Origin: Escherichia coli | GTDB lineage: Bacteria; Pseudomonadota; Gammaproteobacteria; Enterobacterales; Enterobacteriaceae | DNA: 64,000 nt | Reading direction: 5' to 3' (one strand) | NCBI RefSeq assembly: GCF_030013595.1 | Contig: NZ_CP122768.1 | Part shown: one piece after another, positions 13,183 to 25,025 of the stretch | Position numbering within the stretch: position 1 is the stretch's first letter | Layout of the letters: each line of letters begins with the position of its first letter | The notes under the pieces: model-generated | What the model saw: only the letters and a program-made list of their open reading frames with translations | Database searches by the model: none | Told to the model about the DNA's origin: nothing | Translations under genes and position numbers: made by a program

Positions 13183-15186
13183 TCAGGCACCTTTCACTCC
13201 CAGCACCTTATGCGCTTTTGCCACAATATTCTCGGCGGTAAAGCCAAAGAACGGGAACAGCTTATCTGCCGGAGCAGATTCCCCATAGCCGGTCATCCCG
13301 ACAATTGCCCCTTTCAGACCAACATATTTGTACCAGTAATCGGCGATGCCTGCTTCCACCGCCACGCGAGCCGCAACGTTAGAAGGCAACACCGACTCGC
13401 GATATTCCTCATCCTGGGCGTCGAAAATATCGGTCGAGGGCAGGGAAACTACGCGTACATTGCGACCTTCTCCTGCTAATTTCTCTGCCGCTTGCAGGGT
13501 GATTTCCATCTCTGAACCGGTGGCAATCAGAATAATATCCGGCTTGCCGCCGCTGTCTTTCAGCACATAACCACCACGAGCAATCTCTTTAACCTGATCC
13601 GGCGTACGTTCCACCTGGGCCAGATTCTGCCTTGAGAGGATCAGTGCCGTCGGTCCGTTGTGGCGCTCAACGGCCAGCTTCCAGCCCACCGCTGCTTCCA
13701 CCTGATCGCACGGTCGCCAGGTGCTGAAATTTGGCGTTAAGCGCAGACTGGCCAGTTGCTCAACAGCCTGGTGCGTCGGACCATCTTCGCCCAGACCAAT
13801 TGAGTCGTGGGTATAAACCATAATCTGCCGCGCTTTCATCAGTGCCGCCATCCGCGCGGCGTTACGGGCGTATTCAACAAACATCAGGAACGTCGCGGTA
13901 TACGGCACAAAGCCGCCGTGGTGCGCAATGCCGTTGGCGATAGCGGTCATGCCAAATTCACGCACCCCGTAGTGAATGTAGTTGCCCGCCGGATCTTCCT
14001 TCAGCGACACAGAACCTTTCCAGATGGTGAGGTTGCTGGGAGCCAGATCCGCCGAACCGCCGAGCAACTCAGGAAGCAATGGCCCGTATGCGTTAAGCGT
14101 ATTTTGCGAAGCCTTACGGGTAGCGATTTTCGCCGGATTCGCCTGTAATTCATTGATATATTTCTGAGTCGTTTTCTCCCAGTCCTTCGGTAAACCACCG
14201 CTCATCCGACGGGTAAACTCTTCTGCCAGTTGCGGATGAGCCTTTTTATAGGCGGCAAACTTCTCATTCCAGCTCTGCTGCGCTTTTTCGCCTTTTTCGC
14301 GGGCATCCCAGGCGTGATAAATCTCTTTAGGGATCTCAAATGGCGGATGGTGCCAGCCCAGTTTTTGCCGTGCCAGCGCCACTTCTTCTTCCCCCAGTGG
14401 TGCGCCGTGCGCCTCTTCCTTACCTGCTTTATTCGGCGAACCAAAGCCAATCACCGTACGGCAGATAATGAGCGACGGCTTATCTTTCACGCTTTGCGCT
14501 TCAAGGAGCGCTTCCTTCACCGCCTGCGGATCGTGGCCGTCGATCTCGTGGATCACATGCCAGTGATAGGCTTCAAAACGTTTTGCTGTATCGTCGGTAA
14601 ACCAGCCTTCGGTTTCACCGTCGATGGAAATACCGTTATGATCGTAAAAACCAATCAGTTTGCCCAGCCCCAGCGTGCCCGCCAGCGAACAGACTTCGTG
14701 GGAAATACCTTCCATCAGGCAACCGTCGCCCATAAACACATAGGTGAAGTGATCGACAATTTCATGATCCGGCTGGTTAAACTGCGCCGCCAGTGTACGC
14801 TCTGCTATCGCCAGCCCGACGGCGTTCGCCAAACCTTGTCCAAGTGGACCGGTGGTGGTTTCAACACCTGGCGTATAACCAATCTCCGGGTGACCTGGGG
14901 TTTTTGAATGCAACTGACGGAAGTTCTTCAGCTCTTCCAGCGGCAGGTCGTAACCAGTTAGATGCAGCAAACTGTAGAGCAGCATCGACGCGTGACCGTT
15001 GGAAAGAATAAAGCGGTCGCGATCATACCAGGTTGGGTCGGTAGGGTTATGTTTAAGAAAATCGTTCCACAGCACTTCGGCAATATCAGCCATGCCCATC
15101 GGCGCGCCGGGATGACCAGAATTGGCTTTTTGTACCGCATCCATACTGAGTGCGCGAATCGCATTGGCAAGGTCTTTTCGGGACAT
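13183..15186 (-). CDS. tktB: Transketolase 2
   Basis: 667 aa from [33 protein letters not shown]...; ORF track extends 21 codons upstream to 15249. Directly downstream of talA. Confidence 0.9.
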   Translation of the reverse strand: MSRKDLANAIRALSMDAVQKANSGHPGAPMGMADIAEVLWNDFLKHNPTDPTWYDRDRFILSNGHASMLLYSLLHLTGYDLPLEELKNFRQLHSKTPGHPEIGYTPGVETTTGPLGQGLANAVGLAIAERTLAAQFNQPDHEIVDHFTYVFMGDGCLMEGISHEVCSLAGTLGLGKLIGFYDHNGISIDGETEGWFTDDTAKRFEAYHWHVIHEIDGHDPQAVKEALLEAQSVKDKPSLIICRTVIGFGSPNKAGKEEAHGAPLGEEEVALARQKLGWHHPPFEIPKEIYHAWDAREKGEKAQQSWNEKFAAYKKAHPQLAEEFTRRMSGGLPKDWEKTTQKYINELQANPAKIATRKASQNTLNAYGPLLPELLGGSADLAPSNLTIWKGSVSLKEDPAGNYIHYGVREFGMTAIANGIAHHGGFVPYTATFLMFVEYARNAARMAALMKARQIMVYTHDSIGLGEDGPTHQAVEQLASLRLTPNFSTWRPCDQVEAAVGWKLAVERHNGPTALILSRQNLAQVERTPDQVKEIARGGYVLKDSGGKPDIILIATGSEMEITLQAAEKLAGEGRNVRVVSLPSTDIFDAQDEEYRESVLPSNVAARVAVEAGIADYWYKYVGLKGAIVGMTGYGESAPADKLFPFFGFTAENIVAKAHKVLGVKGA

Positions 15187-15205
15187 ATAACACTCCGTGG
15201 CTGGT

Positions 15206-16156
15206 TTATAGTTTGGCGGCAAGAAGATCTTCCAGTTTGCGTTGATCAACGGCGAACAGACGAATGCCTTCAGACAGTTTTTCTACCGCCATCGCATCCT
15301 GATTGTGCTCCCAACGGAACTCCGCTTCGCTCATGGGAGCTGGGCGTGGGAACGTCTGAGAAGGTGGGATTAATTTACGTACCACTGGCGAAACTTTTTC
15401 CTGTAGCTCCTTCAGCAAATTCGGTGCGATAGTCAGTCGGTCGCAGCCGGTTAAGGCGAGGATTTGTTCGGTGCGACGGAAGCTCGCGCCCATCACAATG
15501 GTTTCATAGTGGTGTTGCTTATAGTAGTCGTAGATATTGCGTACTGATTTAACGCCCGGATCTTCTTCCACCACATACGGGTCCATCGGCTTGCGTGCCT
15601 GATACCAGTCATAAATACGCCCGACAAACGGCGAAATCAGAAAAACGCCTGCTTCTGCACAGGCCCGCGCCTGTGCAAAAGAAAACAGCAGCGTCAGGTT
15701 GCAGTTAATACCTTCTTTTTCCAGCTCTTCTGCCGCGCGAATTCCTTCCCAGGTTGAAGCCAGCTTGATCAAAATACGTGATTTCTCAACGCCTTGTTGC
15801 TGATACAAGTCCACCAGATGGCGCGCCTTCTCAATACTCTTTTCTTTATCAAAAGAGAGGCGTGCATCAACTTCTGTTGACACGCGACCGGGTACGATTT
15901 TGAGAATTTCAGCACCGAAATTGACCGCCAGTTTGTCACACGCTGCGACCACCTGTTGTTCCTGGGTCTTGCCATTTTTTTTACCCCAGGCGATAGCATC
16001 GTCTATTAAATGCTCATATTGTGATAATCCGGCAGCCTTGAGTAACAGCGAAGGATTGGTGGTGGCATCCTGGGGATGATAATGGCGAATGGACTCAATA
16101 TCGCCGCTGTCTGCCACGACAGTAGTGAACTGTTTGATGCCGTCTAACTCGTTCAT
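15206..16156 (-). CDS. talA: Transaldolase A
   Basis: 316 aa, [23 protein letters not shown]...; talA-tktB operon arrangement. Confidence 0.9.
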   Translation of the reverse strand: MNELDGIKQFTTVVADSGDIESIRHYHPQDATTNPSLLLKAAGLSQYEHLIDDAIAWGKKNGKTQEQQVVAACDKLAVNFGAEILKIVPGRVSTEVDARLSFDKEKSIEKARHLVDLYQQQGVEKSRILIKLASTWEGIRAAEELEKEGINCNLTLLFSFAQARACAEAGVFLISPFVGRIYDWYQARKPMDPYVVEEDPGVKSVRNIYDYYKQHHYETIVMGASFRRTEQILALTGCDRLTIAPNLLKELQEKVSPVVRKLIPPSQTFPRPAPMSEAEFRWEHNQDAMAVEKLSEGIRLFAVDQRKLEDLLAAKL

Positions 16157-16444
16157 AGGAAATACTCCTTGAAAAGTAAAGTGTTAGATGAGTGCGTTAA
16201 TTCACACTTCTGAGAAATTTCGCTAAACGCATCAAAAAAGCATAGCAGACAGGCATGGTATTGCTGGATTAAGCAGGTAACATCAGTGTTATAGGATTAT
16301 TACCAAAACATTATATTAATGGTGAGAGTTTGGACTTGCTCAAAGTCTGTAGACTCCGGCAAGGTAATAATGTGCGCCACGTTGTGGGCAGGGGCTGTTG
16401 CCCACACACTTTATTTGTGAACGTTACGTGAAAGGAACAACCAA

Positions 16445-18724
16445 ATGGATGACCAGTTAAAACAAAGTGCACTTGATTTCCATGAATTTCCAGTTCCAGG
16501 GAAAATCCAGGTTTCTCCAACCAAGCCTCTGGCAACGCAGCGCGATCTGGCGCTGGCCTACTCACCAGGCGTTGCCGCACCTTGTCTTGAAATCGAAAAA
16601 GACCCGTTAAAAGCCTACAAATATACCGCGCGCGGTAACCTGGTGGCGGTGATCTCTAACGGTACGGCGGTGCTGGGGTTAGGCAACATTGGCGCGCTGG
16701 CAGGCAAACCGGTGATGGAAGGCAAGGGCGTTCTGTTTAAGAAATTCGCCGGGATTGATGTATTTGACATTGAAGTTGATGAACTCGACCCGGACAAATT
16801 TATTGAAGTCGTCGCCGCGCTCGAACCGACCTTCGGCGGCATCAACCTCGAAGACATTAAAGCGCCAGAATGTTTCTATATTGAACAGAAACTGCGCGAG
16901 CGAATGAATATTCCGGTATTCCACGACGATCAGCACGGCACGGCAATCATCAGCACTGCCGCCATCCTCAACGGTTTGCGCGTGGTGGAGAAAAACATCT
17001 CTGACGTGCGGATGGTGGTTTCCGGCGCGGGTGCCGCAGCAATCGCCTGTATGAACCTGCTGGTAGCGCTGGGTCTGCAAAAACATAACATCGTGGTTTG
17101 CGATTCAAAAGGCGTTATCTATCAGGGCCGTGAGCCAAACATGGCGGAAACCAAAGCCGCATATGCGGTGGTGGATGACGGCAAACGTACCCTCGATGAT
17201 GTGATTGAAGGCGCGGATATTTTCCTGGGATGTTCCGGCCCGAAAGTGCTGACCCAGGAAATGGTGAAGAAAATGGCCCGTGCGCCAATGATCCTGGCGC
17301 TGGCGAACCCGGAACCGGAAATTCTGCCGCCGCTGGCGAAAGAAGTGCGTCCGGATGCCATCATCTGTACCGGCCGTTCCGACTACCCGAACCAGGTGAA
17401 CAACGTTCTTTGCTTCCCGTTCATCTTCCGTGGCGCGCTGGACGTTGGCGCAACCGCCATCAACGAAGAGATGAAACTGGCGGCGGTACGCGCGATTGCA
17501 GAACTGGCCCATGCGGAACAGAGTGAAGTGGTGGCTTCAGCTTATGGCGATCAGGATCTGAGCTTTGGTCCGGAATACATCATTCCAAAACCGTTTGATC
17601 CGCGCTTGATCGTTAAGATCGCTCCTGCGGTCGCTAAAGCAGCGATGGAGTCCGGCGTGGCGACGCGTCCGATTGCTGATTTCGACGTCTACATCGACAA
17701 GCTGACGGAGTTCGTTTACAAAACCAACCTGTTTATGAAGCCGATTTTTTCCCAGGCTCGCAAAGCGCCGAAGCGCGTCGTTCTGCCGGAAGGTGAAGAG
17801 GCGCGCGTTCTGCATGCCACTCAGGAACTGGTAACGCTGGGGCTGGCGAAACCGATCCTTATCGGGCGTCCGAATGTGATCGAAATGCGCATTCAGAAAC
17901 TGGGCTTGCAGATCAAAGCGGGCGTTGATTTTGAGATCGTCAATAACGAATCCGATCCGCGCTTTAAAGAGTACTGGACCGAATACTTCCAGATCATGAA
18001 GCGTCGCGGTGTCACTCAGGAACAGGCGCAGCGTGCATTGATCAGTAACCCGACAGTGATCGGCGCAATCATGGTTCAGCGTGGCGAAGCCGATGCAATG
18101 ATCTGCGGTACGGTGGGCGATTATCATGAACATTTTAGCGTGGTGAAAAATGTCTTTGGTTATCGCGATGGCGTTCACACCGCAGGTGCCATGAACGCGC
18201 TGCTGCTGCCGAGTGGTAACACCTTTATTGCCGATACATACGTTAATGACGAACCAGACGCAGAAGAGCTGGCGGAGATCACCTTGATGGCGGCAGAAAC
18301 TGTCCGTCGTTTCGGTATTGAACCGCGCGTTGCTCTATTGTCGCACTCCAACTTTGGTTCTTCTGACTGCCCGTCTTCGAGCAAAATGCGTCAGGCGCTG
18401 GAACTGGTCAGGGAACGTGCACCAGAACTGATGATTGATGGTGAAATGCACGGCGATGCAGCGCTGGTGGAAGCGATTCGCAGCGACCGTATGCCGGACA
18501 GCCCTTTGAAAGGTTCCGCTAATATTCTGGTGATGCCGAACATGGAAGCTGCCCGCATTAGTTACAACTTATTGCGCGTTTCCAGCTCGGAAGGTGTGAC
18601 TGTCGGCCCGGTGCTGATGGGGGTGGCGAAACCGGTTCACGTGTTAACGCCGATCGCATCGGTACGTCGTATCGTCAACATGGTGGCGCTGGCTGTGGTT
18701 GAAGCGCAAACCCAACCGCTGTAA
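16445..18724 (+). CDS. maeB: NADP-dependent malic enzyme (malic enzyme domain plus PTA-like C-terminal domain)
   Basis: 759 aa, [44 protein letters not shown].... Confidence 0.93.
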   Translation: MDDQLKQSALDFHEFPVPGKIQVSPTKPLATQRDLALAYSPGVAAPCLEIEKDPLKAYKYTARGNLVAVISNGTAVLGLGNIGALAGKPVMEGKGVLFKKFAGIDVFDIEVDELDPDKFIEVVAALEPTFGGINLEDIKAPECFYIEQKLRERMNIPVFHDDQHGTAIISTAAILNGLRVVEKNISDVRMVVSGAGAAAIACMNLLVALGLQKHNIVVCDSKGVIYQGREPNMAETKAAYAVVDDGKRTLDDVIEGADIFLGCSGPKVLTQEMVKKMARAPMILALANPEPEILPPLAKEVRPDAIICTGRSDYPNQVNNVLCFPFIFRGALDVGATAINEEMKLAAVRAIAELAHAEQSEVVASAYGDQDLSFGPEYIIPKPFDPRLIVKIAPAVAKAAMESGVATRPIADFDVYIDKLTEFVYKTNLFMKPIFSQARKAPKRVVLPEGEEARVLHATQELVTLGLAKPILIGRPNVIEMRIQKLGLQIKAGVDFEIVNNESDPRFKEYWTEYFQIMKRRGVTQEQAQRALISNPTVIGAIMVQRGEADAMICGTVGDYHEHFSVVKNVFGYRDGVHTAGAMNALLLPSGNTFIADTYVNDEPDAEELAEITLMAAETVRRFGIEPRVALLSHSNFGSSDCPSSSKMRQALELVRERAPELMIDGEMHGDAALVEAIRSDRMPDSPLKGSANILVMPNMEAARISYNLLRVSSSEGVTVGPVLMGVAKPVHVLTPIASVRRIVNMVALAVVEAQTQPL

Positions 18725-18741
18725 TTCATTCTTAACTCTCA

Positions 18742-18776
18742 CGCTTACCCTGAATATTCAGGGTAAGCGGTTTTCC
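18742..18776 (+). terminator. Rho-independent terminator of maeB
   Basis: CGCTTACCCTGAatatTCAGGGTAAGCG followed by gTTTTcc. Confidence 0.75.
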
Positions 18777-19016
18777 TGAAATATATTAGTAAAGCTTATT
18801 ACTGAGTTTACGAATAATAAAAAAAGCAGTATATGAAATATCTCGATATTATTTTATTTATATTCATGCGTCGCATATGAAAGTTTATTCATAACAGTAA
18901 ATATCTCTCCATTCTTAGTGATCTACCTCACCTTTTAAACGCGCTTGCCGAATTTTGTTATTTACTCTGACGAAAAATTGTCACGATACACGAAAGTTTT
19001 TCACAGGCGGCGACTC

Positions 19017-19352
19017 ATGGATAAAGAACGCATCATTCAGGAATTTGTGCCCGGTAAACAGGTCACACTGGCGCATCTCATCGCGCATCCCGGCGAGGAA
19101 CTGGCGAAGAAAATCGGCGTTCCTGATGCGGGCGCAATCGGCATTATGACGCTAACTCCCGGCGAAACGGCGATGATCGCCGGTGATTTAGCACTAAAAG
19201 CCGCCGATGTGCATATCGGTTTTCTCGACCGTTTTAGCGGCGCGTTGGTGATTTATGGCTCGGTGGGTGCAGTAGAAGAAGCGTTATCACAAACCGTCAG
19301 CGGTTTAGGGCGTTTATTAAATTATACGCTTTGTGAAATGACCAAAAGTTAA
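19017..19352 (+). CDS. eutS: Bacterial microcompartment shell protein EutS
   Basis: 111 aa from [15 protein letters not shown]...; first gene of the eut operon. Confidence 0.85.
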
Positions 19353-19364
19353 TACGAGGCATTC

Positions 19365-19844
19365 ATGAAACGAATTGCGTTTGTGGGTACCGTCGGGGCA
19401 GGAAAAACAACGTTATTTAATGCGTTGCAGGGAGATTATACCCTCGCCAGAAAAACGCAGGCCGTAGAATTTAATGATAAGGGTGATATTGATACGCCGG
19501 GTGAATATTTTAGCCATCCCCGCTGGTATCACGCCTTAATTACCACGCTACAGGATGTGGACATGCTGATCTATGTCCACGGCGCGAATGACCCGGAAAG
19601 TCGGTTGCCTGCCGGGTTGCTGGATATTGGCGTCAGCAAACGGCAAATCGCCGTCATCAGTAAAACGGACATGCCAGATGCTGACGTCGCCGCAACGCGA
19701 AAGTTATTGCTTGAGACGGGCTTCGAAGAGCCGATTTTCGAGCTAAACAGCTACGACCCGCAAAGCGTGCAGCAACTGGTGGATTATCTGGCATCTCTCA
19801 CCAAACAGGAGGAAGCAGGTGAAAAAACTCATCACAGCGAATGA
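19365..19844 (+). CDS. eutP: Ethanolamine utilisation GTPase/kinase-like protein EutP
   Basis: 159 aa, P-loop GTVGAGKTTLF. Confidence 0.85.
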   Translation: MKRIAFVGTVGAGKTTLFNALQGDYTLARKTQAVEFNDKGDIDTPGEYFSHPRWYHALITTLQDVDMLIYVHGANDPESRLPAGLLDIGVSKRQIAVISKTDMPDADVAATRKLLLETGFEEPIFELNSYDPQSVQQLVDYLASLTKQEEAGEKTHHSE

Positions 19845-20520
19845 TATTCGTGAAGCACACGCGCGCGGCGAACAGGCAATGTCCGTGGTTCTGCGCGCCA
19901 GCATTATTACCCCGGAAGCCCGTGAAGTGGCAGATCTACTGGGTTTTACCATCACTGAATGTGATGAATCGACCCCGGTAACGGCGTCCGTTCCCGCCTG
20001 CGTGCCAGCCGATAAAACCGAAAGCCAGCGTATCCGCGAAACCATCATCGCCCAGCTACCGGAAGGCCAGTTTACCGAAAGCCTGGTCGCGCAGCTGATG
20101 GAAAAAGTGATGAAGGAAAAACAGTCACTGGAGCAGGGTGCAATGCAGCCGAGTTTCAAATCGGTTACCGGCAAAGGCGGCATCAAAGTGATTGATGGCA
20201 GCAGCGTCAAGTTTGGTCGTTTTGACGGCGCACAGCCACACTGCGTCGGATTAACGGATCTGGTCACCGGAGACGACGGCAGCAGCATGGCCGCTGGTTT
20301 TATGCAGTGGGAGAACGCCTTCTTCCCGTGGACCCTGAACTATGACGAAATCGACATGGTACTGGAAGGGGAACTGCACGTTCGCCACGAAGGCGAAACC
20401 ATGATCGCCAAAGCAGGCGACGTGATGTTTATCCCGAAAGGCTCCAGCATCGAATTTGGTACGACATCCAGCGTGAAATTCCTGTATGTCGCCTGGCCGG
20501 CTAACTGGCAATCCCTATGA
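19819..20520 (+). CDS. eutQ: Cupin-domain protein EutQ
   Basis: 233 aa; overlaps eutP by 26 bp. Confidence 0.85.
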   Translation: MKKLITANDIREAHARGEQAMSVVLRASIITPEAREVADLLGFTITECDESTPVTASVPACVPADKTESQRIRETIIAQLPEGQFTESLVAQLMEKVMKEKQSLEQGAMQPSFKSVTGKGGIKVIDGSSVKFGRFDGAQPHCVGLTDLVTGDDGSSMAAGFMQWENAFFPWTLNYDEIDMVLEGELHVRHEGETMIAKAGDVMFIPKGSSIEFGTTSSVKFLYVAWPANWQSL

Positions 20521-21320
20521 AAGATTTCATCACCGAAGCATGGCTAAGAGCGAACCATACGCTCAGCGAAGGCGCAGAGATCCATCTCCCTGCGGACAGT
20601 CGCCTGACGCCCTCTGCCCGGGAGCTACTGGAAAGCCGCCATCTGCGCATCAAGTTTATTGACGAGCAGGGCCGCCTGTTTGTTGACGATGAACAGCAGC
20701 AGCCGCAGCCCGTTCACGGGCTGACCAGTAGCGATGAACATCCGCAGGCGTGCTGCGAACTGTGCCGCCAGCCGGTGGCAAAAAAGCCGGACACTCTGAC
20801 TCACCTGTCGGCGGAAAAAATGGTCGCCAAAAGCGATCCGCGCCTCGGTTTTCGCGCGGTTCTCGACAGCACCATTGCGCTGGCAGTGTGGCTGCAAATT
20901 GAACTGGCAGAACCGTGGCAGCCGTGGCTGGCGGACATCCGCTCGCGTCTTGGCAATATTATGCGTGCCGATGCGCTGGGGGAACCGCTGGCCTGCCAGG
21001 CGATTGTCGGGCTTTCTGACGAAGATCTGCATCGGCTTTCTCACCAGCCGCTGCGCTATCTTGGTCACGATCATCTGGTGCCGGAAGCCAGCCACGGGCG
21101 CGATGCGGCGTTACTCAATCTGCTACGCACCAAAGTGCGGGAAACCGAAACCGTAGCGGCGCAGGTATTTATCACCCGCAGCTTTGAAGTATTACGCCCG
21201 GACATCTTGCAGGCGCTGAACCGCCTTTCCAGCACGGTCTACGTGATGATGATCCTGAGCGTAGCGAAACAACCGCTAACGGTGAAGCAGATCCAACAAC
21301 GACTGGGGGAAACGCAATGA
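20517..21320 (+). CDS. eutT: Cob(I)alamin adenosyltransferase EutT
   Basis: 267 aa; ATGA start/stop overlap with eutQ; operon position. Confidence 0.85.
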   Translation: MKDFITEAWLRANHTLSEGAEIHLPADSRLTPSARELLESRHLRIKFIDEQGRLFVDDEQQQPQPVHGLTSSDEHPQACCELCRQPVAKKPDTLTHLSAEKMVAKSDPRLGFRAVLDSTIALAVWLQIELAEPWQPWLADIRSRLGNIMRADALGEPLACQAIVGLSDEDLHRLSHQPLRYLGHDHLVPEASHGRDAALLNLLRTKVRETETVAAQVFITRSFEVLRPDILQALNRLSSTVYVMMILSVAKQPLTVKQIQQRLGETQ

Positions 21321-22333
21321 TTATTGAACGTTGTCGTGAACTGGCGTTGCGAGCGCCCGCCAGAGTGGTTTTTCCGGATGCGTTAGATCAACGTGTGCTG
21401 AAAGCCGCGCAATATTTACATCAACAAGGTCTGGCAACGCCCATTCTGGTCGCCAGCCCGTTTGAACTTCGTCAGTTTGCGCTCAGTCATGGCGTGGCGA
21501 TGGACGGGGTTCAGGTTATTGATCCACAGAGCAATCTTGCTATGCGGGAAGCGTTTGCGCAGCGTTGGTTGGCCCGTGCGGGCGAAAAAACGCCGCCGGA
21601 TGCGCTGGAAAAACTCACCGATCCGCTGATGTTCGCTGCCGCAATGGTCAGCGCCGGGATAGCGGATGTCTGTATCGCGGGCAATCTCTCTTCCACGGCG
21701 AATGTGCTGCGTGCCGGATTACGCATTATTGGCTTACAGCCAGGCTGTAAAACGCTCTCCTCCATTTTCCTGATGCTGCCACAGTACAGTGGCCCCGCAT
21801 TGGGCTTTGCCGATTGCAGCGTAGTGCCACAGCCGACGGCGGCGCAACTGGCGGATATCGCGCTTGCCAGCGCCGAAACCTGGCGCGCCATCACCGGAGA
21901 AGAACCGCGCGTGGCGATGTTGTCGTTTTCCAGTAACGGCAGCGCCCGTCACCCCTGCGTTGCCAACGTCCAGCAGGCGACAGAAATCGTCCGTGAGCGC
22001 GCGCCGCAGTTGGTAGTCGATGGCGAGTTGCAGTTTGACGCCGCCTTCGTGCCGGAAGTGGCGGCGCAAAAAGCGCCTGCCAGCCCGCTACAAGGCAAGG
22101 CCAATGTGATGGTTTTTCCGTCGCTGGAAGCCGGAAATATTGGCTACAAAATCGCACAACGACTCGGCGGATATCGTGCCGTCGGGCCATTGATACAAGG
22201 GCTTGCCGCGCCGATGCACGATCTCTCTCGTGGTTGTAGCGTGCAGGAAATTATCGAGCTGGCGCTGGTGGCAGCTGTGCCGCGTCAGACAGAAGTGAAC
22301 CGCGAAAGCAGTTTACAAACACTGGTTGAATGA
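21317..22333 (+). CDS. eutD: Phosphotransacetylase EutD (EutI)
   Basis: 338 aa, PTA-family motifs. Confidence 0.88.
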   Translation: MIIERCRELALRAPARVVFPDALDQRVLKAAQYLHQQGLATPILVASPFELRQFALSHGVAMDGVQVIDPQSNLAMREAFAQRWLARAGEKTPPDALEKLTDPLMFAAAMVSAGIADVCIAGNLSSTANVLRAGLRIIGLQPGCKTLSSIFLMLPQYSGPALGFADCSVVPQPTAAQLADIALASAETWRAITGEEPRVAMLSFSSNGSARHPCVANVQQATEIVRERAPQLVVDGELQFDAAFVPEVAAQKAPASPLQGKANVMVFPSLEAGNIGYKIAQRLGGYRAVGPLIQGLAAPMHDLSRGCSVQEIIELALVAAVPRQTEVNRESSLQTLVE

Positions 22334-22371
22334 ACGGTCCCGTTCTGGACCCTGATAAAGAGGAAAGCACA

Positions 22372-22665
22372 ATGGAAGCATTAGGAATGATCGAAACCCG
22401 GGGCCTGGTTGCACTGATTGAGGCTTCTGACGCGATGGTGAAAGCTGCGCGCGTCAAGCTGGTTGGTGTTAAGCAGATTGGCGGCGGCCTGTGTACTGCC
22501 ATGGTTCGTGGTGATGTTGCAGCCTGTAAAGCCGCGACCGACGCAGGTGCTGCAGCGGCACAGCGTATCGGCGAGCTGGTATCTGTACACGTTATCCCGC
22601 GTCCGCACGGCGACCTGGAAGAAGTCTTCCCGATCGGCCTGAAAGGCGATAGCAGCAACCTGTAA
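22372..22665 (+). CDS. eutM: Major BMC-H shell protein EutM
   Basis: 97 aa from [28 protein letters not shown]...; ORF track extends 14 codons upstream to 22330. Confidence 0.9.
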   Translation: MEALGMIETRGLVALIEASDAMVKAARVKLVGVKQIGGGLCTAMVRGDVAACKAATDAGAAAAQRIGELVSVHVIPRPHGDLEEVFPIGLKGDSSNL

Positions 22666-22771
22666 TCACCCTGTGTGACGTCGATTCGGGCGTCACGCTC
22701 TCTCCTTTTTCAGTTTACCTTCCGCGGAGGGTAGGGGGAGCTTTTACCTGAAATACGCCACGGAGGCGGGT

Positions 22772-23059
22772 ATGAAACTGGCAGTCGTCACTGGACAAAT
22801 TGTTTGTACCGTACGCCATCACGGACTGGCGCATGACAAATTGCTGATGGTGGAAATGATTGATCCACAAGGTAATCCTGACGGGCAATGCGCCGTCGCC
22901 ATCGACAATATTGGCGCGGGAACCGGGGAGTGGGTGTTACTGGTGAGTGGCAGTTCCGCCCGCCAGGCGCATAAAAGCGAAACGTCACCGGTCGATCTGT
23001 GCGTGATTGGCATCGTCGATGAGGTGGTGTCTGGCGGTCAGGTAATTTTCCACAAATAA
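22772..23059 (+). CDS. eutN: BMC vertex (pentamer) protein EutN
   Basis: 95 aa, MKLAVVTGQIVCTVRHHGL.... Confidence 0.88.
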   Translation: MKLAVVTGQIVCTVRHHGLAHDKLLMVEMIDPQGNPDGQCAVAIDNIGAGTGEWVLLVSGSSARQAHKSETSPVDLCVIGIVDEVVSGGQVIFHK

Positions 23060-23070
23060 GGCAGAACATC

Positions 23071-24474
23071 ATGAATCAACAGGATATTGAACAGGTGGTG
23101 AAAGCGGTACTGCTGAAAATGCAAAGCAGTGACACGCCGCCCGCCGCCCTTCATGAGATGGGTGTTTTCGCGTCCCTGGATGACGCCGTTGCGGCAGCCA
23201 AAGTCGCCCAGCAAGGGTTAAAAAGCGTGGCAATGCGCCAGTTAGCCATTGCTGCCATTCGTGAGGCAGGCGAAAAACACGCCAGAGATTTAGCGGAACT
23301 TGCCGTCAGTGAAACCGGCATGGGGCGCGTCGAAGATAAATTTGCCAAAAACGTCGCTCAGGCGCGCGGCACACCAGGCGTTGAGTGCCTCTCTCCGCAA
23401 GTGCTGACGGGCGACAACGGCCTGACTTTAATTGAAAACGCGCCCTGGGGCGTGGTGGCTTCGGTGACGCCTTCCACTAACCCGGCGGCAACCGTAATTA
23501 ACAACGCCATCAGCCTGATTGCCGCGGGCAACAGCGTCATTTTTGCCCCGCATCCGGCGGCGAAAAAAGTCTCCCAGCGGGCGATTACGCTGCTCAACCA
23601 GGCGATTGTTGCCGCAGGCGGGCCGGAAAACTTACTGGTTACTGTGGTCAATCCGGATATCGAAACCGCGCAACGTTTGTTCAAGTTTCCGGGTATCGGC
23701 CTTTTGGTGGTGACCGGCGGCGAAGCGGTAGTGGAAGCGGCGCGTAAACACACCAATAAACGTCTGATTGCCGCGGGCGCTGGCAACCCACCGGTAGTGG
23801 TGGATGAAACCGCCGACCTCGCCCGTGCCGCTCAGTCCATCGTCAAAGGCGCTTCTTTCGATAACAACATCATTTGTGCCGACGAAAAGGTACTGATTGT
23901 TGTTGATAGCGTAGCCGATGAACTGATGCGTCTGATGGAAGGCCAGCACGCGGTGAAACTGACCGCAGAGCAGGCGCAGCAGCTGGAACCGGTGTTGCTG
24001 AAAAATATCGACGAGCGCGGAAAAGGCACCGTCAGCCGTGACTGGGTTGGTCGCGATGCGGCGAAAATCGCGGCGGCAATCGGCCTTAAAGTTCCGGAAC
24101 AAACGCGACTGCTGTTTGTAGAAACCACCGCAGAACATCCGTTTGCCGTGACCGAACTGATGATGCCGGTGCTGCCCGTCGTGCGTGTCGCCAACGTGGC
24201 GGATGCCATTGCGCTGGCGGTGAAACTGGAAGGCGGTTGCCACCACACGGCGGCAATGCACTCGCGCAACATCGAGAACATGAACCAGATGGCGAACGCC
24301 ATTGATACCAGCATCTTCGTTAAGAACGGACCGTGCATTGCCGGGCTGGGGCTGGGCGGGGAAGGCTGGACCACCATGACCATCACCACGCCAACCGGTG
24401 AAGGGGTAACCAGCGCGCGTACGTTTGTCCGTCTGCGTCGCTGTGTATTAGTCGATGCGTTTCGCATTGTTTAA
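23071..24474 (+). CDS. eutE: CoA-acylating acetaldehyde dehydrogenase EutE
   Basis: 467 aa aldehyde-dehydrogenase family. Confidence 0.9.
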   Translation: MNQQDIEQVVKAVLLKMQSSDTPPAALHEMGVFASLDDAVAAAKVAQQGLKSVAMRQLAIAAIREAGEKHARDLAELAVSETGMGRVEDKFAKNVAQARGTPGVECLSPQVLTGDNGLTLIENAPWGVVASVTPSTNPAATVINNAISLIAAGNSVIFAPHPAAKKVSQRAITLLNQAIVAAGGPENLLVTVVNPDIETAQRLFKFPGIGLLVVTGGEAVVEAARKHTNKRLIAAGAGNPPVVVDETADLARAAQSIVKGASFDNNIICADEKVLIVVDSVADELMRLMEGQHAVKLTAEQAQQLEPVLLKNIDERGKGTVSRDWVGRDAAKIAAAIGLKVPEQTRLLFVETTAEHPFAVTELMMPVLPVVRVANVADAIALAVKLEGGCHHTAAMHSRNIENMNQMANAIDTSIFVKNGPCIAGLGLGGEGWTTMTITTPTGEGVTSARTFVRLRRCVLVDAFRIV

Positions 24475-24484
24475 GGAGTAACAG

Positions 24485-24910
24485 ATGGCGCACGACGAAC
24501 AATGGCTCACCCCGCGTCTGCAAACGGCGGCAACGCTGTGTAACCAGACGCCTGCCGCAACGGAATCTCCGCTGTGGCTGGGGGGGGATCTGGGCACCTG
24601 CGATGTGGTGTCGATGGTTGTCGACCGCGACGGTCAGCCGGTGGCGGTATGCCTCGACTGGGCCGATGTGGTCCGCGACGGCATCGTCTGGGATTTCTTC
24701 GGTGCGGTCACCATTGTTCGTCGCCATCTCGACACCCTCGAGCAGCAATTCGGTCGCCGTTTTAGCCATGCGGCGACCTCATTTCCTCCAGGTACGGACC
24801 CGCGTATTTCCATCAACGTGCTGGAATCTGCCGGGCTGGAAGTGAGCCATGTGCTGGATGAGCCAACCGCAGTCGCGGATCTGCTGCAACTGGACAACGC
24901 AGGCGTAGTG
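24485..24910 (+). pseudogene. eutJ: eutJ 5' fragment (codons 1-142), interrupted by IS10
   Basis: The reading frame runs straight into the IS10 outside end at 24911; 24485..24910 plus 26249..26659 gives 278 codons with a continuous ...NAGVV|DIGGGTTGIAIV... junction. Confidence 0.85.
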
Positions 24911-24956
24911 CTGATGAATCCCCTAATGATTTTGGTAAAAATCATTAAGTTAAGGT

Positions 24957-25025
24957 GGATACACATCTTGTCATATGATCAAATGGTTTCGCGAAAAATC
25001 AATAATCAGACAACAAGATGTGCGA
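24957..25025 (-). ncRNA. Predicted IS10 antisense RNA-OUT (pOUT transcript), placed by position within IS10
   Basis: Coordinates inferred from the known IS10 layout (transposase start at IS nt 108, matching the ATG at 25018); not independently verified. Confidence 0.4.
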
